Shown here: positions 1-7,361 of the stretch, piece by piece
How positions within the stretch are numbered: the first letter of the stretch is position 1
How the letters are laid out: each line of letters begins with the position of its first letter
Origin: Candidatus Micrarchaeia archaeon
GTDB lineage: Archaea > Micrarchaeota > Micrarchaeia > Micrarchaeales > CABMGC01
Reading direction: 5' to 3'
DNA: 13,601 nucleotides
Assembly: GCA_049964835.1 (NCBI GenBank)
Contig: JBMFWW010000005.1
Coordinates: forward strand, 22,047-35,647
Notes under the pieces: generated by a model
What the model was told of the DNA's origin: nothing
Database searches by the model: none
The model's input: only the letters and a program-made list of their open reading frames with translations
Program-made: the position numbers and the translations under genes

Positions 1-1
1 T

Positions 2-1336
2 ATAATATCAAATTCAACTCCAATTTCTGTATTAAATAATCAGAGTTGTTCAATGCAATTATATAATATTTCATATATCCCGTTACAGCAAACAGTTGCA
101 ATAAAGTTTTTTGAAGTTCACAAAATCTCACAATCAAATAATACTATAAATACTACAAAAAATATTACAATAACAAAACCTACAAACATAACAATTTCAG
201 AGTCTTCAAAGAATATTACATTTAAAAATAGAGTAGTAAATACAACCGTAAGTATATCAAATATTACTCCAACAATAATCCATAGCGTTAGCAACAACAA
301 TAACGTTTCATTATATATATCTTCAAAGTCAAATACAAACACAAAATTGAGTTTCTCAGTTCCTCCACTTTCTGATTATCCACTACCTAATAAATATAAA
401 ACTACAATTTCATTAGTAAACGTTACATTAAATAAAAGTTCAAATGTATCTACAAAATTAAACTCATCTTACAACTGCAGTATACCTTCAAATACAATAG
501 AACCATTTATCTATACAAACGATCAATGGGTTCAAATTAATAATTATACAATAAATACAAAATTATGTATAATATCGGTTGTAATACCAAAAGATCCAAT
601 AATTGGAATTTTCACTAATTACACATTAAGTACACCATCTAATAAATCTATCACTTCTACACAAACAACTACTCAAATAACATCAGTAATAACAAGTACC
701 TACAACTCAACCAGTAAAATAATAACTAAAAACGGTACCTCTACAGCAATAACTATTTCAAGTAACAATCCATTATATCTTGTTGTGTTTATAATTGCCG
801 CATTGCTTGTAATTGCATATATACTTAAAGAAAAAATTCTAAAACAAAAACCAACAAAACCTACTAATATTCAAAATGAACTTAAAGAAGATAGAACCAT
901 TCAAAACAATCAACAAACAAACTATATCAGAGAAAGTAATGATACAGAAAGAAACATAGAAAATGATAACAAAAAAGAACTAGATAATAATGAAATTAGT
1001 AATGCCGAAGAAATTACAAATAATGAAAATAAAGAAAGCTCTGATGAAACCAATACAGAAAATACTGAAGGTCAAACTGATTCTAGCGAAGAAAATAATA
1101 ATATAAATAATCAAGAAAATACTAAAGACGAAATAGATACTAATCCCGATGAAGTAAATACTCAAGAAAAATCTAGCGAAGAAGAATCTCAAGATGAGAA
1201 TAAAAAAGAAAACCTTGAAAATAATAACAGTTTAGACAAAGAAAATAATCCTAATTCGGATTCAACTCAAAACACAAATATCGAACCTAAAAATAACGAT
1301 GATACTGACTATAATTCTGATTCACACGACTTTTAA
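2..1336 (+). CDS. 3' part of a membrane-anchored cell-surface protein: N/S/T-rich ectodomain, S/T linker, one TM helix, long acidic Asn/Glu-rich cytoplasmic tail
   Basis: The frame of ORF 53..1336 is open back to the window edge (ata ata tca aat...), so the gene is 5'-partial. It has many N-x-S/T sequons, a Thr/Ser-rich linker (TSTQTTTQITSVITST), a hydrophobic helix LYLVVFIIAALLVIAYIL followed by basic KEKILKQK, then a low-complexity acidic tail. Confidence 0.75.
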   Translation: MISNSTPISVLNNQSCSMQLYNISYIPLQQTVAIKFFEVHKISQSNNTINTTKNITITKPTNITISESSKNITFKNRVVNTTVSISNITPTIIHSVSNNNNVSLYISSKSNTNTKLSFSVPPLSDYPLPNKYKTTISLVNVTLNKSSNVSTKLNSSYNCSIPSNTIEPFIYTNDQWVQINNYTINTKLCIISVVIPKDPIIGIFTNYTLSTPSNKSITSTQTTTQITSVITSTYNSTSKIITKNGTSTAITISSNNPLYLVVFIIAALLVIAYILKEKILKQKPTKPTNIQNELKEDRTIQNNQQTNYIRESNDTERNIENDNKKELDNNEISNAEEITNNENKESSDETNTENTEGQTDSSEENNNINNQENTKDEIDTNPDEVNTQEKSSEEESQDENKKENLENNNSLDKENNPNSDSTQNTNIEPKNNDDTDYNSDSHDF

Positions 1337-1366
1337 TTAAAAATAAACATAAATGTAACTATAAAC

Positions 1367-1581
1367 TTAATCTCGCCACATTAAACATATAATGGTAGTG
1401 TTGTCTTCCTCATTTAATAAATTAAATCCTAAACCATCAATAAGCAAAAGTGTGTTTTTTCTGATTTTTCTATCAATTTGCCATTTCCTGCTGCAAATTC
1501 ATTGAAAACCTCCATATTGCTGTTCTTAAAGTCTGGAAATAAAAGCTCATTATTTTCGAGCTCATTTTTTAAAGTACTCAT
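1367..1581 (-). pseudogene. Frameshifted, truncated N-terminus of an alkaline-phosphatase-superfamily (nucleotide pyrophosphatase/phosphodiesterase-like) gene
   Basis: ATG at 1581 has an AGGT SD and reads MSTLKNELENNELLFPDFKNSNMEVFNEFAAGNGKLIEKSEK. After a frameshift in the A-run near 1455-1460 it continues LLLIDGLGFNLLNEED, the metal-binding IDGLG motif, and stops at 1367. Not in the ORF track. Confidence 0.6.
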
Positions 1582-1600
1582 AAAATACCTTTTCAAGAAA

Positions 1601-1620
1601 CATACTACTTTAGTAGTATG
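1601..1620. promoter_or_regulatory. Perfect inverted repeat, candidate transcription-factor operator
   Basis: CATACTACT-tt-AGTAGTATG (9-bp arms), located between a minus-strand TATA-like element (~1623-1630) and the ATG at 1581. Confidence 0.5.
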
Positions 1621-1723
1621 GCTTTATTAATCTTATTGTTTATAAAATAATTATAATAAGTTGCACTAACAGGAATGAGTAAATGTTTTACAATATTAAT
1701 CTTACGCTAATTTACTTTGGAAA

Positions 1724-1739
1724 TAGCTCATATGAGCTA
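1724..1739. promoter_or_regulatory. 16-bp perfect palindrome upstream of the TOPRIM-dnaG pair
   Basis: TAGCTCATATGAGCTA is its own reverse complement and ends 38 nt before the ATG at 1777. Confidence 0.4.
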
Positions 1740-1776
1740 CTTACTGTATAGTTGCGGCTTTGCATAGTGATTAGCT

Positions 1777-2154
1777 ATGAAGCAGGCAATAAAGGAGTCG
1801 TATAAGGCACATAGAGTAGAACGATTACTATTCGATCTGAAGTCATCCTTTGTAATAGTTGAAGGGAAGCACGATCTAAATGTGTTGAATAAATTAGGTA
1901 TAAAATCATACACATATGAAAGTGTGATGCGCAAAATAAATGTCCCAACAGAAAAGGCTATTCTAATGATGGATTTAGATAGACGTGGAGTTGCAAAGGC
2001 AGAGATGGTTTCATCCTTGCTTTTAGGCGAAAATATAGCAGTAGATAATAAAACGGGCAGGTCTCTGCTTCTTCTTCTAAACACTATCCACGTAGAAGGA
2101 ATACTTACTCCTGTTGAGCAGTTATTTAAAATAGAAAAACAAAACGTGATATAA
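1777..2154 (+). CDS. Stand-alone TOPRIM-domain protein (small primase-like/RNase M5-like)
   Basis: Contains TOPRIM motifs VIVEGKHD and MMDLDRRG (DxD). Its stop abuts the dnaG start (TAA ATG), suggesting an operon. Confidence 0.85.
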   Translation: MKQAIKESYKAHRVERLLFDLKSSFVIVEGKHDLNVLNKLGIKSYTYESVMRKINVPTEKAILMMDLDRRGVAKAEMVSSLLLGENIAVDNKTGRSLLLLLNTIHVEGILTPVEQLFKIEKQNVI

Positions 2155-3576
2155 ATGGCGAAAACATATTTAGACATAGTAAAGTATATGGTAGAGGCAA
2201 AGTTCTCTATAAGCGGAATGGTAGACAAACCAGACATAATAGGTGCGGTATTTGGCCAGACTGAAGGTCTTTTAGGAGATGATTTAGATTTAAGAGAGCT
2301 CCAAAAGAGCGGAAAGATTGGAAGAATAGAGATAGATTTTCAACAATCAAACAACAAGAGCTTTGGAAAGCTTTTCTTACCTGCATCATTAGATAGGATA
2401 GAGACATGTATCCTTGCTGCAGCTGTAGAGTCTGTTGATCGTGTTGGTCCTTATGAATCCCAGTTCTCTGTGGAAAAGATAGAGGATACAAGATCTGAGA
2501 AAAGAAGAAAGATACTCACAAGAGCTAAGGATCTTGTAAAGCTACTGCTCAATACTGAGATACCAGATAGCAAGGAGCTAAGCGAGATGGTCCAATCTGA
2601 CGTAAGAACTAGCGAGATAACTACTTATGGTCCAGAGAAGCTTCCAGCAGGTCCCGAGGTAGGAAAAAGTGCCGAACTTGTAATAGTAGAAGGCAGAGCA
2701 GATGTAATCAACCTATTAAGAAATGATGTTACTCATGTCATAGCAGTAGGCGGCGCATCAGCTGTTCCTAAATCAATAATAGATCTTTGTAGGCAAAAAG
2801 AGGTTACTGTATTCTTAGATGGAGATCGCGGCGGAGATATGATACTAAAGAACATATCCTCTGTTGCAGATGTTGATTATGTTGCAAGAGCTCCAGATGG
2901 TAAAGAGGTTGAAGATCTTACAAGAAAGGAAATAATAAAATCATTAAGAACAAAGATACCTTTAGATCAGTATCATCCTGGCTATAGGCAAAGACAAGAA
3001 CCTGCTCAAGACTATTCAGAAAAATCTAATATGAATGAAAACAATAAACTCGACAGCAACGGTAGCAACAATAGTGGCAGCAATGGCAACAACACAAACA
3101 GCCAAAACCAAAGATTTACAAATAATAGGCAGGAGTACTCAAGGCAGAAAGATACTAACTCATATTCTTCATACAAAAGCAAAACAGAAGATAATAAGAG
3201 ATATGAAAGCACAACAAAAGACACCCAAGAAAGTATGAAAACTGATGACGCTACGGAGCATACAAAACCAGCACTTGAAAGTGTAGTACTAACTGAGTAT
3301 TTAAATGGTCTTGAAGCGCTTTCAGGTACTCTTAGAAGCAGACTTTATGACAGCACCGGAAATATGATGAAGGAGATACCTATTCGCGATCTTCTTTCTT
3401 CAGTTCAAGCTTCTAATGGTGTACATGCAATAGTTCTCGATGGTGTAATAACCCAAAGACTTGTAGAGTTGTCAATTCAAAAAGGTGTAAAGGCAATCTA
3501 TGGCATAAGAGCAAATCCAATGCCTAAAAAGCATCAAGAGATACTGCTTTATACAAAGGAGCATGGGCAGGAGTAA
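2155..3576 (+). CDS. dnaG: Archaeal DnaG-like primase (exosome-associated)
   Basis: Archaeal DnaG N-terminus VDKPDIIGAVFGQTEGLLGDDLDLRELQKSGKIGRI, TOPRIM motifs IVEGRADV and FLDGDRGG, ARAPDGKEVE, and C-terminal DGVITQRLV. A low-complexity N/S/Q linker lies at ~2980-3270. Confidence 0.95.
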   Translation: MAKTYLDIVKYMVEAKFSISGMVDKPDIIGAVFGQTEGLLGDDLDLRELQKSGKIGRIEIDFQQSNNKSFGKLFLPASLDRIETCILAAAVESVDRVGPYESQFSVEKIEDTRSEKRRKILTRAKDLVKLLLNTEIPDSKELSEMVQSDVRTSEITTYGPEKLPAGPEVGKSAELVIVEGRADVINLLRNDVTHVIAVGGASAVPKSIIDLCRQKEVTVFLDGDRGGDMILKNISSVADVDYVARAPDGKEVEDLTRKEIIKSLRTKIPLDQYHPGYRQRQEPAQDYSEKSNMNENNKLDSNGSNNSGSNGNNTNSQNQRFTNNRQEYSRQKDTNSYSSYKSKTEDNKRYESTTKDTQESMKTDDATEHTKPALESVVLTEYLNGLEALSGTLRSRLYDSTGNMMKEIPIRDLLSSVQASNGVHAIVLDGVITQRLVELSIQKGVKAIYGIRANPMPKKHQEILLYTKEHGQE

Positions 3577-3632
3577 TTATTAATAATTATATAACTAAAA
3601 CTAAAATTGCCTTAACTGTTCTATACTATTAC

Positions 3633-3649
3633 TTTTGGTGTTTTTTGTT
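3633..3649 (+). terminator. Possible oligo-T terminator for dnaG
   Basis: TTTTGGTGTTTTTTGTT lies ~60 nt after the dnaG stop in a convergent intergenic region. The AT-rich context weakens the call. Confidence 0.25.
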
Positions 3650-3748
3650 ATAAAAGTTATGGGTATATTCTAGTTACAAAACCTCCATAACCTTCTTTTT
3701 ATATTTATTTTTTAATTTAGTTTGTTTTGGAAATCGTTTTTTTAACAA

Positions 3749-5680
3749 TTAGTGCTTTATTCCGAGTGTCATAAGTATAAATGCATATTTAAATGCTAGC
3801 GATTTATATCTTTCTTCATTTTTAGAACTCATTACATGTCCTCCTGAAATGTTTATCCTCAATAATAATAAATTATTATCACTTTTCATTTTTCTCATTT
3901 TTGCAATAAATTTTAATACTTCCAAATAATAAACTTTTACATCATTTATTCCAATAATTACAAGAATATTAGGATATCGTTGCGATTTAATATTTTCATA
4001 AGGAGAGTAAGACTTAATATAATTATAATACTTTTTTTTATTTGGGTTACCCCATTCTTTATACTCTCTTATGGTAAATGGGCGTTTTTTATCTGATATT
4101 TTACTTAATAACTCTACAACTGGTGATGTCATTACTGCAGCTTTAAATAATTCTGGTCTTTTATTTATTACAGATCCGATAAGCAATCCACCGGCACTAG
4201 CTCCTTCAATAACTAGTAACTCTTTAGATGTATATCTTTTAGCTATCAAATGTTCTGCACAGGCTACGAAATCATTAAACGTATTTTTCTTTTTTAATAA
4301 TTTACCTTCTTGATACCATCGACTACCTTTTTCAGAACCTCCTCTAATATGTGCTATTCCAAAAATAACTCCTCTATCAAGCAAACTCAACCGCTCAACT
4401 GAAAATGTTGGTAAATAACAAATTCCATAAGCCCCATATCCCCAAAGTAACATCGGTTGCCTTTTATTTCTGTTTAACTCTTTTTTATAAATAATTGAAA
4501 TAGGTATTTTATTTCCATCTTTCGCAGTAGCATAAATTTTTTCTGTTTTATAATTAGAACTATTATACTTTTTTATTTTATCTATCTCATTTAATTTTAA
4601 AATATTATTATCCATATCATATTCCAATAATGATTTAGGAATGGTAAATGAGCTATAAATCAAGCGTAAGTTTTTACTATTAAAATCTTGATATGTATCA
4701 AATGAAACGGTACACATTTTTTGGGGCATTTTAATAAATTTTTTAGTTCCTGTAACTATATTTAAAACAATAATTTTATTTGTTGCGTCTGAAATAACTT
4801 TAATTACTATATAATTACGAAATACCTTAAAACTATCTAATTTATTATTTTTATTATTTGGAATTAACGTTTTCCAATTTTCTTTTAGTTTGTTATTAAC
4901 TGGTGTTCTAACTAACTTAAAATTAGGCGCATTTTCATTTGTTAACATATAAAAATATTTACCAAACTGTTCAATATAACATATACTTTTTTTGTTCTTA
5001 TTGAAAAGTTTTAAATCATTCTTATAATCCCCTATTTGGATAAATCTTATTTCTGTAGAATCAATCCCAATCGAATATAAAAAAAGAAATTTTTCACTTT
5101 CAGATTTTTTAACAGATAAATAGTAATAAGCGTTTTTTTCTTCATATAATAACTTATTCTTTTTAAATTTATCTATAAAATTTGAAATATAAGCTCTATA
5201 AGATCTATATATTTTATCAATAGTTGTATAAACTATTGTGTTATCATCTAACCACTCTAACTCCCACACTCCGGTTATTTTTTTAATAATTTTATCTGTA
5301 CTTATTTTTTTAATATATGTTATATACTCTTCTGTTCCTGTTGTATTAACTGAATAAGCAATAAATGTGTTATTTGTACTAATTTTAAAATCATCAAATA
5401 AAAAGTATTTATGTCCTTCTGCAATTTTATTAAGATCTAAAATAAGTTCCTCTTTTTTATTCAAGGAGTTTTTTCTAAAATATGTCTTATACTGCGCACC
5501 GTTTTTAATTTTCCAATAATACTCATACTCTTTTATTTTTATAACATTTGAAAAACTAATACTTTTATATCGATTTTTAATCTCATTATATATTTTATTT
5601 TGTAATTCAGAAGTCTGTGCCATTATTGAATTAGTATACTCATTTTCTTTTTTTATATATGCCTTAATCGTTTTTACCAT
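3749..5680 (-). CDS. ptrB: S9A serine peptidase, oligopeptidase B (protease II)-like
   Basis: Motifs ENEYT (N-terminal), LLWGYGAYG, AHIRGGSEKG..WY..GK..KK.NTFNDF, nucleophile GASAGG, EWGNP, SYSPYEN, catalytic Asp in NDVKV and His in GGH. The N-terminus may be shortened (see findings). Confidence 0.9.
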   Translation of the reverse strand: MVKTIKAYIKKENEYTNSIMAQTSELQNKIYNEIKNRYKSISFSNVIKIKEYEYYWKIKNGAQYKTYFRKNSLNKKEELILDLNKIAEGHKYFLFDDFKISTNNTFIAYSVNTTGTEEYITYIKKISTDKIIKKITGVWELEWLDDNTIVYTTIDKIYRSYRAYISNFIDKFKKNKLLYEEKNAYYYLSVKKSESEKFLFLYSIGIDSTEIRFIQIGDYKNDLKLFNKNKKSICYIEQFGKYFYMLTNENAPNFKLVRTPVNNKLKENWKTLIPNNKNNKLDSFKVFRNYIVIKVISDATNKIIVLNIVTGTKKFIKMPQKMCTVSFDTYQDFNSKNLRLIYSSFTIPKSLLEYDMDNNILKLNEIDKIKKYNSSNYKTEKIYATAKDGNKIPISIIYKKELNRNKRQPMLLWGYGAYGICYLPTFSVERLSLLDRGVIFGIAHIRGGSEKGSRWYQEGKLLKKKNTFNDFVACAEHLIAKRYTSKELLVIEGASAGGLLIGSVINKRPELFKAAVMTSPVVELLSKISDKKRPFTIREYKEWGNPNKKKYYNYIKSYSPYENIKSQRYPNILVIIGINDVKVYYLEVLKFIAKMRKMKSDNNLLLLRINISGGHVMSSKNEERYKSLAFKYAFILMTLGIKH

Positions 5681-5807
5681 GTTTATCTTCCACTAATGAA
5701 CAATTATCCGCTTCATTTTTTAACTGTTTTTGAATTTTTCTTTATCGATAATACTTTTTTCATGTAATCTTATAAAATATATAAACACATCATTTATTAA
5801 TTTAATC

Positions 5808-7037
5808 TTATTCAGCAAATAATGGTTTTATATGTAGTGGGCATAATGGCAAATCATTGTTTATATTTTCTTTATAATTCAAAACAGATCCAGTACGACA
5901 GTAATCAAAATGCTCACATTTTTTACATACATTCGGTATACTTGCGTTTCTTAACATTTCTAAATTTTTATTATTATTCCATAATTTGCTTATACCCTCT
6001 TGAAAGACATTGCCCAAAAAAGCTTTATTATGTGGTAAATCATATGTAGTGCTATAAGTTGATCCGTCATACAAAATATGTAAAACTCTTCTAGTATCTA
6101 TTGTTCCATATAAAATATTCGATAAGTTCTTATCATATTCTAGATCCATATCCTCATAAATCAGAAAAGGGAAATTTGTACGTGAAGTTATCTTAACATT
6201 ATATTTTTTACCAATTATCATGGCTTTTTTAAGAATTTCTTTAAAATCCCAAAAATCTATTCCATCTTTTTGGTTAATAGAACCAAAATCACTTTTACTC
6301 CAATGAAATAAAGTTATTGCTTTTATACCATTATCACACAAAAACTTTATAGTTTCTAATACTGAATCTTTATTATTTTTCGTAATTAAAGTTGTAACAT
6401 GCGTTTTTAATCCCTTATTTATTACTCTGTCCAAAAAATTCAGTTCTTTATTTAGTGCTACGTTATTATTTACAATATCTGCATGTATTTTAGGCAAATG
6501 TGAGTGAAATGATAAACTAAATGATATATCATATTCAACTATCTTATTTATTAGATTTTCATTATACATTGTTCCATTGCTTGATATTGAAATAATCAAA
6601 TCTCTTTTATAAGCGATATCCAAAAGCCATCCCAAATCCCTATATAATAAGGGTTCGCCACCTAGAATAGATAAAGAAAAAATACCATTTTCAACTAATT
6701 CATTCATTATGCTAATAGCATTTTTTCTACTTAAGCCATTTATTTTATTATCTAATCTATTCCCAATATAACAAAATTTACATCTTTCGTTACAAAATAA
6801 TGTAGGATATAAATCTACTGTAGTTGGAGCTGAAAGTATATCACTTCTGAGAATCTTGCTTTTTAGAAATTTAATTTCGGATGAATCAAAAAATTCATAT
6901 TTATTATTTTTTGCTACTTCAACTCCCCTACTAAAATCTAAATTTTTATTAGTTTTATAAGTGTATATTTTATCCTATTTATTATCATAAAATAAATAAC
7001 CAAAAAACTCCTTTCTAACAAATAATCTGTATACCAT
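5808..7037 (-). pseudogene. Radical SAM/SPASM peptide maturase with N-terminal RRE-like segment, interrupted by an in-frame TAG at codon 21
   Basis: The tracked ORF 5808..6707 lacks the SAM motif. The same frame extends to ATG 7037: MVYRLFVRKEFFGYLFYDNK*DKIY...LSAPTTVDLYPTLFCNERCKFCY (CxxxCxxC at 6794-6771), then GGEP, SSNG, and C-terminal LGNV....I..LW and CKKCEHFDYC...CP. The TAG is at 6977-6975. Confidence 0.85.
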
Positions 7038-7066
7038 AAATATCTAGTTGGTTATTAATATGTTGT

Positions 7067-7201
7067 TTATTTTCTTTTGATTGGACTATAACTTGGCCAC
7101 TTTTCTGATCTTGGCATACCAAATTGTTTACTATTCACGGCCTCTTCAATTTTTATAACTGAAATTATCTTATTTTCAGTTACAATTTTTCTTAATTTCA
7201 T
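7067..7201 (-). CDS. Candidate RiPP precursor peptide, 44 aa: MKLRKIVTENKIISVIKIEEAVNSKQFGMPRSEKWPSYSPIKRK
   Basis: Clean ATG..TAA ORF with a GGTGA SD just upstream and a BRE/TATA ~30 nt upstream. It ends 29 nt before the radical SAM ATG and is below the ORF-track size cutoff. Confidence 0.75.
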   Translation of the reverse strand: MKLRKIVTENKIISVIKIEEAVNSKQFGMPRSEKWPSYSPIKRK

Positions 7202-7205
7202 TATT

Positions 7206-7245
7206 TCACCAATATTTATTATTCTTTCCTGTATAAATACTTTCT
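7206..7245 (-). promoter_or_regulatory. Archaeal promoter (BRE+TATA) and SD for the precursor-rSAM-peptidase operon
   Basis: The minus strand reads AGAAAG-TATTTATA (7245-7232), then GGTGA (7210-7206) before ATG 7201. Confidence 0.55.
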
Positions 7246-7290
7246 ACCATAATTATTAGATTCTTTAGAAAAAAAAACAAAAAGTATTAT

Positions 7291-7317
7291 ACTAATTTAG
7301 AAATTTTCTAATTTAGT
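7291..7317. promoter_or_regulatory. Inverted repeat upstream of the precursor promoter
   Basis: ACTAATTTAGAAA-t-TTTCTAATTTAGT: 13-bp arms with one mismatch, containing CTAATTTAG twice. Confidence 0.35.
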
Positions 7318-7361
7318 CAAATAAATATGTTGTTAGAGTAAATTACAAACTAAATAGTTCT

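Noticed and set aside
118..1192. Minus-strand ORFs 118..342 and 980..1192
   Set aside because: Hydrophobic antisense shadows of an A-rich low-complexity gene, with no motifs.
1737..3238. ORFs 1737..2237(-), 2207..2491(-), 3012..3224(-) and 3035..3238(+)
   Set aside because: They overlap the well-supported TOPRIM and dnaG genes and have no independent signals.
3600..3748. Short minus-strand frames after the peptidase (e.g. KEGYGGFVTRIYP) as a further peptide or gene relic
   Set aside because: No convincing start or SD, and multiple stops.
6975..6977. Genome-wide TAG reassignment or pyrrolysine
   Set aside because: TAG is the apparent true stop of the TraB-like, amidohydrolase and GNAT genes here, and there are no pyl genes in the window.
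7067..7201. Calling the cluster mycofactocin, PQQ, sactipeptide or spliceotide
   Set aside because: The peptide lacks IDGxCGVY, ExxxY in PqqA context, any Cys, and a YG motif.
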